From positions 16,358 to 80,357 of the forward strand of contig JAIXQO010000005.1 of the NCBI GenBank assembly GCA_027485695.1: DNA of 64,000 nt. The letters run 5' to 3'. Below are positions 19,403 through 27,772 of the stretch, one piece after another. Under the pieces are notes generated by a model, which saw only the letters and a program-made list of their open reading frames with translations, made no database searches and was not told where the DNA came from. The position numbers and the translations under genes were made by a program. Source of the stretch: Pseudomonadota bacterium. Its GTDB lineage: Bacteria > Bdellovibrionota > UBA1018. How positions within the stretch are numbered: position 1 is the first letter of the stretch; each line of letters begins with the position of its first letter.

Positions 19403-20125
19403 ATGAAACAATGTATTAAGAAACAAATCCTCCTCCTACTCTCGATGTCAGCCCTCACAGCCTGCTCATCGGTTGCGCCGTATTTCGGAATTGGTAACGC
19501 TGAAAAAGAAAAAACTGCCAAAATCAGCAACCCTTTTACCAACCAACTCAGCGAACCCACGACCAAGGTTCGCGCTCAAAAAGGCTCGGACGTCGTCGAA
19601 TACGAAATCCCACGCAGCGACGACACTTACAACTCTTACGAAATGCCGTCCACGGCCGCGATGTCGAGCGCCGATTCACCTTTTGCACAGGCCGAGGCTA
19701 CACCTCCGGACTATCGTAAACCCACCCTCTCCGACTACGAGATCATGGCCAAGGCTCCTAAAGGTTCGCTCGAATCTGAGACTGACCGCCGCGAGATCGA
19801 ACAGGGTCTAGGATTGGAGTCCCGCGATGAACCCGTCGAATCCGATCGCAGCTACTTGGGCGAGGTCGATATCGTGAAACAACTATTTCGCTCGGCTCGA
19901 TTCGAGGCCGCGCTTCTCAAAGTCGACGAGCTCATCACGATGTTCCCCAACCAGTCGCAGCTCTATGTCATGCGCGGCACTCTACTGGAGAGACTCGGTC
20001 ATGCGGATTTGGCCATCAAGAGCTGGAAACAAGCCTTGAGATTTGATTCCAACAACACTCGTTTGAAACGGGTGATCGAAATGCGTGAGAAACGTCGAGG
20101 CATTGCCTCGGGAGGTCAGCCATGA
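19403..20125 (+). CDS. TPR-containing lipoprotein
   Basis: Lipobox LTAC; C-terminal TPRs (LYVMRGTLLERLGHADLAIKSWKQALRFD). Confidence 0.85.
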   Translation: MKQCIKKQILLLLSMSALTACSSVAPYFGIGNAEKEKTAKISNPFTNQLSEPTTKVRAQKGSDVVEYEIPRSDDTYNSYEMPSTAAMSSADSPFAQAEATPPDYRKPTLSDYEIMAKAPKGSLESETDRREIEQGLGLESRDEPVESDRSYLGEVDIVKQLFRSARFEAALLKVDELITMFPNQSQLYVMRGTLLERLGHADLAIKSWKQALRFDSNNTRLKRVIEMREKRRGIASGGQP

Positions 20126-22371
20126 AGGCTATCGTCACCTTAGGACTGTTTTTTGTCCTTACCTCGTCTGCACTGGCCGTAGATATGGACCCGGCAACGA
20201 CCCAAACGAGATACGAGCAGAAGGTCAGAAATCTGATCGAACCTGTACTCAGTCGCTACTGCACCGACGACTGCCGCCTCTTGAACGTCAAGGTCGACCT
20301 CGAATCCGCGTCTGCAGATTGGGTATCGCCTGGTTTCGAAGAACCGTCGATCCCTCAAGATGCGGTCCCGTCCGGCGCAGAAGTCAAAATGCTCATCGAC
20401 GATAAGATCGGAAAATCCCGCAAGACCCGGATCGAATCGCTGCTCAATCAATATTTCGAATCACTTGATTTCCCGATCACGCTCAAGATCAAATCGGTAG
20501 CGTTTCCAACCGAGCGCGAGAACTCAGTCAAAATCGCCGACCTCCGCGAACGAATCAGAAAACAATTCGAAGGCTCGATCACCGAAGTACTCGCCAAATA
20601 CTGCCCTAGGCACTGCCTATTCAGTCAATTCGAGCTCGAGACCGAAGTCGTACATCCGGACGAGGCCCAGAGCGGAAACCCGGGTGAGTATTTCGAGCAC
20701 GGCGGTTTCGCGCTCCGCGTAGATTCAATTTCTGGCACGATTGCATTTGATGAGCAGATTCCCGAAGCAGATCGCCGAGGACTCATCGACTTAATCACGC
20801 TTCGCACACAGCGCTTCTCGAACGTCGAGATCAAAGAAAAAATTCTCCCTTTCCCGAAACTTCGAGATGCCGAGGGCTCCGACCTCTGGCAGTCGCCGTT
20901 TGCGACCGAAGGCGGCGGCAGTTCCCGCTCCAACTCCCGGAACGAGAAACTCGACTCTCATCAAAACGAGATCCGCACCAAAGAAGCGTACGAGAATCGT
21001 GAGCAGAAATCGCTCTCTCAGAACGACGAAAAAGTCGCTCGCGATGAAAAAACTTCGCGCAACGAGAAATACAGTCACTTCGAGAAGATCGAACGAGTGG
21101 AAAGCGGCGATGCTCTCCACCAAGAGTTCCAGACCCTCAAGTGGTCAGGGCTCGGCCTAGCTTTGGTGATCCTAGGCGCGCTGTTCTGGATCGGCCTGAA
21201 GCCTTATCGCGTACACTCCAAGATCGAGTCCGAGACCAAGGCTGCGCCGCTCGTGGTACCGCCGCCGCCTCGATTTACGCAATCCCCGGACACCACCGAG
21301 GGAACAGTCATTCAAGCTGAAAAAGCGAACCTGACGAACCGAATTAAAATTCAAAGACTCCGTGACGAACTTCTCGCTATTTTCGTTGAGAACCCAAAAG
21401 TCGCCCGCTACGTTTTCTCCAAGGTTCTTCTAGAAGAAGGCATCGAGACGACGGCTGCCTATCTCTCTATTTTTGGTGAGACGATCGTACTAGAGATCCT
21501 AAAAGATCCATCGCTGTCGACGGACCTCTCACACCTAATCGAGTTCTACGCAACGACCCCAATCACGATCGAAGAGGACCAAGAACTCGAGCTCCTCCAG
21601 GCGCTGCACGCCCGCACGATCTCAGGCAAAATCAAGGTCTTGAGTCACCGTACAAAAACCTCGTTCGATTTCTTGAACGAACTCGATGCTCGCCAAGTGT
21701 TCACGCTCGTCGATCAGGAGAGCCCGGCAGTTAAGGCAGTCGTACTGACGCAGCTCGATTCCCGCAAACGCGAAGAATTCCTGGCTCAAGTAGAGCCCGA
21801 AATTCGCATCAAGCTCATGAACGAACTCTCTCGCATGGACTACTTGCCTAAGGACTACGTCAAGAGCATCGCAACCGCGCTTGAGCGTAAGTCCAAGGAC
21901 AATCCGAAGTTCAACACGGAATCCATCGCGTCCAGCGACATTCTGGTTCAGCTCCTCGAAGGTTCCGATCGGGATACGCAGAACGAGGTGTTCCGTTCCC
22001 TGGAGAGTGAGCATCCGGATCAGGCTCGACGCATTCAAAGTCAATTCGTGACCCTCGATTCGCTCCGCTTCTTACCTGAAGGGAAACTCGTCGAAGTGCT
22101 CCTTGCTCTCAAGCATGATGAGTTACTCACGCTCTTCAAGTCCATGCGTAGGGATCTAGGCGAACAACTGATGAATCAATTGCCGTCCGACCTAGCTGGA
22201 GACCTGAACGAAGAACTCGCCTCGGTCACTCAACCGAGCCGCGAACTGTCTTCGGCGGTTGAGCGCAAGGTCATTCATCGGATGCGGAACCTCGGTCGCG
22301 AACGCCAGATCGATCTCGAAGAAATCAATCGTCAACTCATGCGAGCAACGCCGCTCCGGAGGGTCGTATAA
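20122..22371 (+). CDS. Membrane protein: two FliF-like periplasmic ring-building domains, TM helix, FliG-like middle and C-terminal domains
   Basis: Sec signal; tandem repeat (aa ~31-129 and ~149-245); TM ~341-359; FVENPKVA resembles the FliF C-terminus; QESPAVKAVVL resembles the FliG EHPQ region; gapless match by eye to the FliG C-domain. Confidence 0.8.
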   Translation: MKAIVTLGLFFVLTSSALAVDMDPATTQTRYEQKVRNLIEPVLSRYCTDDCRLLNVKVDLESASADWVSPGFEEPSIPQDAVPSGAEVKMLIDDKIGKSRKTRIESLLNQYFESLDFPITLKIKSVAFPTERENSVKIADLRERIRKQFEGSITEVLAKYCPRHCLFSQFELETEVVHPDEAQSGNPGEYFEHGGFALRVDSISGTIAFDEQIPEADRRGLIDLITLRTQRFSNVEIKEKILPFPKLRDAEGSDLWQSPFATEGGGSSRSNSRNEKLDSHQNEIRTKEAYENREQKSLSQNDEKVARDEKTSRNEKYSHFEKIERVESGDALHQEFQTLKWSGLGLALVILGALFWIGLKPYRVHSKIESETKAAPLVVPPPPRFTQSPDTTEGTVIQAEKANLTNRIKIQRLRDELLAIFVENPKVARYVFSKVLLEEGIETTAAYLSIFGETIVLEILKDPSLSTDLSHLIEFYATTPITIEEDQELELLQALHARTISGKIKVLSHRTKTSFDFLNELDARQVFTLVDQESPAVKAVVLTQLDSRKREEFLAQVEPEIRIKLMNELSRMDYLPKDYVKSIATALERKSKDNPKFNTESIASSDILVQLLEGSDRDTQNEVFRSLESEHPDQARRIQSQFVTLDSLRFLPEGKLVEVLLALKHDELLTLFKSMRRDLGEQLMNQLPSDLAGDLNEELASVTQPSRELSSAVERKVIHRMRNLGRERQIDLEEINRQLMRATPLRRVV

Positions 22372-23169
22372 ATGAACTTTTCATCATTCCTCGGGATATT
22401 TGCGGGGCTCGCGGTCTTATTCTTCGGCATGAAGGAAACGACCGCTAACATGGATTTCTTCTTGGACGCACACGGTATCCTGATCGTCTGTGGAGGAACG
22501 GCTGCCGCCGCCAGTATCAGTTTTCCGATCCATAAGATCCTTTCTCTTTTAAAAGTATTTTTCCTCCGAGTGCTCGGTCGATCTAAAATTGATTTCCAAA
22601 ATACGATCGTGCTCTTGCTGGAATTGAACAAAAAAGCTGCACAGGGTCCGACCGCACTTCGCGAAGCGGGTGCAAACCTCAATCACCCGTTTCTTAAAGA
22701 AGCGATCGATCTGGTCGTAGCCGGCGTTTTGACCGAAGCCGAAGTTCGCTCGACCCTCGACCAACGGATTCGCACCGTCGAGGCACGTTACCTTCATGAG
22801 GCGAACATGTTTCGCACGATCGGTAAATTTCCGCCGGCGTTCGGACTCCTGGCAACGACACTCGGAATGATCGCCGTGCTTCAGCGCATCGGCCAAGCGG
22901 ATAGCCAGAAACTCATCGGTCCCGCGATGTCCGTGGGCCTGATCGGAACTCTCTACGGGATCGCACTTGCGAACCTGGTTTTCCTACCAATCGCCGAGAA
23001 CCTGACCGAGCGCACCCGCGAAGAAATGACCTTGCGTCGCATGATCGTCGAGGGCGTGATCCAGATTAAAAACCAAGTCAACCCGGTTACGATGCGCGAG
23101 AGCCTCAACTCCTTCGTCGTGCCGCACGAGCGCGTTCTTCGAGACGCGAACGTTAAGAAAGCGGCATAG
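22372..23169 (+). CDS. motA: Flagellar-type stator subunit MotA/PomA
   Basis: LIVCGGT, PFLKEAIDLVVAG, PPAFGLLATTLGMI, GTLYGIALANLVFLPIA, MIVEGV..I..NP. Confidence 0.93.
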   Translation: MNFSSFLGIFAGLAVLFFGMKETTANMDFFLDAHGILIVCGGTAAAASISFPIHKILSLLKVFFLRVLGRSKIDFQNTIVLLLELNKKAAQGPTALREAGANLNHPFLKEAIDLVVAGVLTEAEVRSTLDQRIRTVEARYLHEANMFRTIGKFPPAFGLLATTLGMIAVLQRIGQADSQKLIGPAMSVGLIGTLYGIALANLVFLPIAENLTERTREEMTLRRMIVEGVIQIKNQVNPVTMRESLNSFVVPHERVLRDANVKKAA

Positions 23170-23175
23170 TCGGCG

Positions 23176-23910
23176 ATGGGACTGTTTAAGCTCAAACGCA
23201 AATCTCACCATGAACCGACGGGTTCGGAACCCCATTATGTGGTGACCGAAGAGAATCCGCTTTATCGCGGTGATAACCACGACGAATCGAACTGGTTGGT
23301 TTCTTACGCGGATATGATGACGCTACTCTGCGGGTTTTTCATCATGCTATTCAGCATCGCGACAATCGATCAAACCAAATACGAAGCCATGCAAAAATCC
23401 GTCTCGCAGCAATTTGGCGGAAAATTCGTGGACCCGCATACGGAACTCAAGAAATCCATCCGGGACGTCATTGAGGCGAATGCTTGGGAGTCGTCGATCC
23501 ACGTGACCGATTCTGAAAAAGGCGTCGCCGTCGTGTTTCAAACGACGACGTTTTTCGAAACGGCGAGCGCGGAGCTGACATCAGACTCCTATAAAATGCT
23601 CGCTCCATTCGCACGCGAAGTACTGCGTCTTCAAAAAGAGAAAAACAAGCGTTACACGATTCGCGTCGAAGGCCACAGCGACTCGCGTAAGATGTCCGGT
23701 GGACTCTATCCATCGAACTGGGAACTCTCCAGCGCCCGCGCGGCTCGAGTCGTTCGATTTCTGATCGAAAACGGTTTCGAGGCAGGATATATGACGGCGC
23801 TGGGCTATGCAGACACTCGGCCCGCCGTCGCCACTCGCTCTCCTGCCAGTTATGACGATCCGGCGCACGACAAAAATCGCCGCGTGGTGATTGCAATCGA
23901 AGAGCCATGA
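23176..23910 (+). CDS. motB: Flagellar-type stator subunit MotB/PomB
   Basis: WLVSYADMMTLL with the essential Asp; OmpA-like domain VEGHSD, SNWELSSARA, NRRVVI. Confidence 0.95.
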   Translation: MGLFKLKRKSHHEPTGSEPHYVVTEENPLYRGDNHDESNWLVSYADMMTLLCGFFIMLFSIATIDQTKYEAMQKSVSQQFGGKFVDPHTELKKSIRDVIEANAWESSIHVTDSEKGVAVVFQTTTFFETASAELTSDSYKMLAPFAREVLRLQKEKNKRYTIRVEGHSDSRKMSGGLYPSNWELSSARAARVVRFLIENGFEAGYMTALGYADTRPAVATRSPASYDDPAHDKNRRVVIAIEEP

Positions 23911-24998
23911 AAAGCTTGATATCAAATCTTCTATGCATTTCGATCGCTGTCAGCTGGACGGTAGTTCAAATACCGTCGTCTTATGCGATCAAATGCAAAG
24001 ATGTTGTAGCGTATCCAATATCATTTCCAGAGAACAGAGATTGGACCGACTACAATCAACAATTGAATAACCTTGATTTTGACGAGCGGATTCGAAACTT
24101 CTTACACGTACATAACGAATACCTTAAGCCAGATAACGAGGTTATTCCCGCCTCACACAATTACAAAAATATCGCTCAAATCAGTCTTTACGAAGGTAAG
24201 ATATCATTTCCAGAAATGCGACTGCGCCCCTACCTAAAACTTCCTCCAGAGCTACAAAAACTGATCAAAACCGAGCTAGTCGAATCGGATTTGGTATTTA
24301 GTGAATTCAACGATGTGTCTCCACTTCCTAGTCTTCTATTTGGCATCAATCGCGGCATGACGTTCGCTGATGGAGTTCACTTTACGGAGCGAGCGCTCTA
24401 TCTTCACGATTTTGGTCATAGTTTTACTGCGTTTGATGGATATGCGATCATTTTCTACCGTACTCGAACGCTTGAATCGGGACGATTCTCTTACTCTCAA
24501 CCTCGATCGCCCGCAGAAGCGAAGAAGATTGTTCGGCGCCGAATCGCGATCTATCAGGGTATGAAGAGTCAATTTAAGACACCTCGCGAGCTCGAGCTTT
24601 TCCATCGAATTTGGTTTTGGATGACACACGAAAATCACGCAACTCTCTCCAGAGTCACCGAGTGGGTCGATCTCAATCCACGTCAATTTACCGGCAACCA
24701 CCTGACGATCGCGGACCTCATCGAAAAATGCGGCATCAACTGGTGGTCTCACACCGCCTGCTCTAAGGTCTCAATGACGACATATGAAGACCTTGGTACG
24801 GTCTGGGAGGCAGACGCATGGACGGCCATAGACGATTCGTCGCTTAATGGTTACGTCATCAAAGGGCTGATCAAAAACTCAGTCGAAGGCGTTATGGGTA
24901 CTGCTCCCCATCTATCTTTTGACGATCATATTGCCGTTATCAAAACGATCCGGAATTATCTTCGTTCAAACGGACTGAGCGCAACCGAGCTTAGGTAA
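23907..24998 (+). CDS. Secreted hypothetical protein
   Basis: Signal peptide; start overlaps the motB stop (ATGA); HDFGH and THENH His motifs; visibly more AT-rich. Confidence 0.75.
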   Translation: MKSLISNLLCISIAVSWTVVQIPSSYAIKCKDVVAYPISFPENRDWTDYNQQLNNLDFDERIRNFLHVHNEYLKPDNEVIPASHNYKNIAQISLYEGKISFPEMRLRPYLKLPPELQKLIKTELVESDLVFSEFNDVSPLPSLLFGINRGMTFADGVHFTERALYLHDFGHSFTAFDGYAIIFYRTRTLESGRFSYSQPRSPAEAKKIVRRRIAIYQGMKSQFKTPRELELFHRIWFWMTHENHATLSRVTEWVDLNPRQFTGNHLTIADLIEKCGINWWSHTACSKVSMTTYEDLGTVWEADAWTAIDDSSLNGYVIKGLIKNSVEGVMGTAPHLSFDDHIAVIKTIRNYLRSNGLSATELR

Positions 24999-25107
24999 GC
25001 ATTTACCGGTCCCGTCATTCCATTGACCAAGCATGATGCGGCAATCTTTGCCGCTTGAGTGCTTCGCATGAAATCGACACTCTATAACTCAGGAGTGTCG
25101 CAAATTT

Positions 25108-26013
25108 ATGCGTTGGAACTGCCCTCATTGCAATACGTTGGTGAATCTGGACCTCGATCTCGACAAGAGCCCAAAATCCTACGTCCGATGCGGCAAGTGC
25201 CACGGCATTGCACTCATTCAGAAAAAATCGTTCTCCGACCAAAAAGCCCTCCCTCCTGCAAAAGATCTCGTCGACCAACTGATGCGTGCGCGGAATCAAA
25301 TCGCGCAAGAAGAGAAAATCAATCAGGCTGCAGAACGAGTCATCCTCGATGAGCCTCCTCCCGTTGCGCGCCCGGAAGGGCAGCCTGCGCAAGCCATGCA
25401 GTCGGTGATTGATCCGAACGGCGCGGTCATGCGCGAGTTTCAATCGAAACCAGGACTTCCGAAACCTCCAGCATTCCTCATGCAAGGAAATATGCGTGCG
25501 GTTCGCCCGACTTTCTTCAGCACCTACGACGCCGAAGAATCCGAGACCCGCGAGAAAACCGTTCAGCGGAATTGGATCGTGTTCGGCGTGGCCGTCACGG
25601 CGTTCATCATTGGCGTGTATCTCCTGCTTCAAGGCAAGAGATCCATCGAACAAGTGAGACGCGCACCTGCGATCGACGCTCCCGCGATTGTTGCTGAAAT
25701 CAAGACGGATCAGATTCAAACCACGAGTGCGGCAACCGTTGCACCCGCTGTCGCTCCAGTGACTGTTCAAAAAACAGAAACCGGAGCTGCTCCAGCTACC
25801 CAGAGACCTCTCGTCAAGGTTCGTGTTCCTCAAGCGATTCTTCGCGCCGGTCCTGGACAAGGTTTTCCAATGCTCACCCAGCTCACCGTGCATGAGATTC
25901 TTCGTGCCGACAAAATTGAGAACAACTGGATCAAAGTCGAAAAAGAAGTCTACCCAGGTACGGTCGTTTCGGGATGGATGCGACAAGACTTGGTTGAGAT
26001 CGTGAAGCGATAG
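25108..26013 (+). CDS. Zinc-ribbon / TM / bacterial SH3 domain protein
   Basis: CPHC..CGKC (MJ0042-like ribbon); single TM; C-terminal LRAGPGQGF..WIKV..GWM SH3b signature. Confidence 0.85.
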   Translation: MRWNCPHCNTLVNLDLDLDKSPKSYVRCGKCHGIALIQKKSFSDQKALPPAKDLVDQLMRARNQIAQEEKINQAAERVILDEPPPVARPEGQPAQAMQSVIDPNGAVMREFQSKPGLPKPPAFLMQGNMRAVRPTFFSTYDAEESETREKTVQRNWIVFGVAVTAFIIGVYLLLQGKRSIEQVRRAPAIDAPAIVAEIKTDQIQTTSAATVAPAVAPVTVQKTETGAAPATQRPLVKVRVPQAILRAGPGQGFPMLTQLTVHEILRADKIENNWIKVEKEVYPGTVVSGWMRQDLVEIVKR

Positions 26014-26034
26014 ATCAGCTGAGTCGCCTCTGCG

Positions 26035-26850
26035 CTATCGAGAGATTTTTCCGAGGCGCTGAATTTCCTTATGAACCACTGCCTGAATGTGGGCGGTTGT
26101 TTCGCTCTTAGGATCAACAAACTCCACACCCACTCGGAATCGTTTTTGTGGATACTGGTTTTGATCAATGAGGCGAATATATCGCACGATCGCGGTGCAT
26201 TGGCAGACTTTTCCATCGACCTTGAAGAACAGGTTGTTAATCAGGTCGCCGACTCGTGGTAAGTGCTGCGCCGCAGATTCGCGAGCGATAAATCCAATTC
26301 CGCCCTCGGACAGGTCAACACCCTCGCCGCGAATCCAGATATCCTTCTCGTCTTCCGCAGTAAAAAACACCTTACAGATGACGGGGATCCGTACGTTCAC
26401 CCGCGCAAACTGCCGAGTAAAACGTCTAAAAAATGGCGTATCGAGCGCAAATTCCATTTTAGATTTTTTAATCCCATCGAGGGAGGCGAGACAGCGCACG
26501 AGATCACTCGGAAGAGCGAATTGCACTTCCAGCGGGTCAACGATGGATTGCGTCACCTGATCAAGAAAAGCCTGATGTGACTTATTTTCGCGATCGATTC
26601 CTACGGAAAAGTGGACTGCTTGTGGGCGTAGCGCTTCTTGGTCCTGCGTGATCTCATAACGTGCAACAGTCGTTTCCAAGGTCTCGCCGCTTTTTGCGAT
26701 GAGCTTGATCACGGCGTGGTAGCGAATCGATTTGAGCAGCACGTCCTCCCACTCACTAGAAGGAACAAACGATATCCCTTCTTCCGGACTCGATGCCGAG
26801 CCCGTTTGCTCGGCTTCTTTTGCATGACTCTTCTTCTTGGGTTGGCCCAC
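26035..26850 (-). CDS. PilZ-domain c-di-GMP-binding protein (YcgR-like)
   Basis: RQFAR (RxxxR), DLSEGG (DxSxxG), RVGVEF. Confidence 0.85.
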   Translation of the reverse strand: MGQPKKKSHAKEAEQTGSASSPEEGISFVPSSEWEDVLLKSIRYHAVIKLIAKSGETLETTVARYEITQDQEALRPQAVHFSVGIDRENKSHQAFLDQVTQSIVDPLEVQFALPSDLVRCLASLDGIKKSKMEFALDTPFFRRFTRQFARVNVRIPVICKVFFTAEDEKDIWIRGEGVDLSEGGIGFIARESAAQHLPRVGDLINNLFFKVDGKVCQCTAIVRYIRLIDQNQYPQKRFRVGVEFVDPKSETTAHIQAVVHKEIQRLGKISR

Positions 26851-26857
26851 GAATCAA

Positions 26858-26885
26858 TCTTCGGCTAAATCCATCCACCTCTTAA
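26858..26885 (-). promoter_or_regulatory. Putative sigma28 promoter of the PilZ gene (leaderless-type)
   Basis: Minus strand TTAAG-N15-GCCGAAGA, 7 nt before the GTG start. Confidence 0.65.
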
Positions 26886-27069
26886 ATTCTGCAGAGCAGC
26901 TTGTTCTGCAAGATACTCAGGAATGCAAAGCGCTGCGCTATCTACGCCCCATTTCCTCCTCAGCGTCAGATATCCATCGAGAATGATGGTGATTTTTCAT
27001 AAATTGGTTTGTTTCCGTCCTCTTCTGATCTCCGCCACATTTGGCCACCCAAAGAATCTTTGCAGCCCT

Positions 27070-27120
27070 TTGACTTACCGTAAGTTCTCCGTATATCCTA
27101 TTTATACGGAGAACTTACGG
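27070..27120 (+). promoter_or_regulatory. lexA promoter with a perfect 18-bp inverted repeat (candidate LexA operator)
   Basis: TTGACT-N18-TATCCT overlapped by CCGTAAGTTCTCCGTATA-N7-TATACGGAGAACTTACGG. Confidence 0.75.
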
Positions 27121-27121
27121 A

Positions 27122-27739
27122 ATGAATCTTCCCCCACTCACTGACAAAGAATCCCGAGTCTACGATTTCATCGCCGGTTATTTCGAGTCACATGATCGCC
27201 CACCCTCTTATGAGGAGATCCGAGCGGGGCTCGGATACGCGCGTGTTTCATCCGTTCAAGATTTTCTCTCCCAACTCAAACAGAAAGGTTATCTCCGCGT
27301 CCCCATCGGAGCGAATAAGAAACGCGCGATCGAGCTCGTCTCCAAACGCAAAATCAGCGACGTCGAACATCTCCCGCTCTTAGGCAAGGTCGCCGCCGGT
27401 TTACCGATCGAGGCCATCGAATCGCGAGAATACATCGAAGTGCCCCGTTCGATGCTTGGACAAGGCACCTACTTCGCGCTGCGCGTGAGCGGTCAATCGA
27501 TGCGTGACGAAGCGATCATGGATGGCGACGTCGTCATTTTGAAAAAACAATCGACGGCTGAGAACGGCCAGATCGTTGTGGCGCTGATCGACGGCGAAGC
27601 GACGATCAAGACCTACGTTCGCAAGAAAAACCGGATCGAGCTGCATCCGGCGAACCCAGATTTTCAAGTCATCACGGTGGAGGATTCACAGGAGTTCAGT
27701 ATCGAAGGCGTTCTCATCGGACTCGTTCGTCGTTGGTAA
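27122..27739 (+). CDS. lexA: SOS repressor LexA
   Basis: N-terminal wHTH (PPSYEEI), cleavage site VAAG-LP, catalytic GQSM and EATIK. Confidence 0.95.
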   Translation: MNLPPLTDKESRVYDFIAGYFESHDRPPSYEEIRAGLGYARVSSVQDFLSQLKQKGYLRVPIGANKKRAIELVSKRKISDVEHLPLLGKVAAGLPIEAIESREYIEVPRSMLGQGTYFALRVSGQSMRDEAIMDGDVVILKKQSTAENGQIVVALIDGEATIKTYVRKKNRIELHPANPDFQVITVEDSQEFSIEGVLIGLVRRW

Positions 27740-27772
27740 TCAGTCACCAGCTAAAATCACGAGCACCTCATC

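Noticed and set aside
22372-23910. MotAB as Zorya defence (ZorAB) or TolQR/ExbBD/AglRQS
   Set aside because: MotA is about 265 aa with no long ZorA tail, and no zorC/D/E is present. MotB has the flagellar WxxxYAD and OmpA-like domain, and the neighbour is FliG-like.
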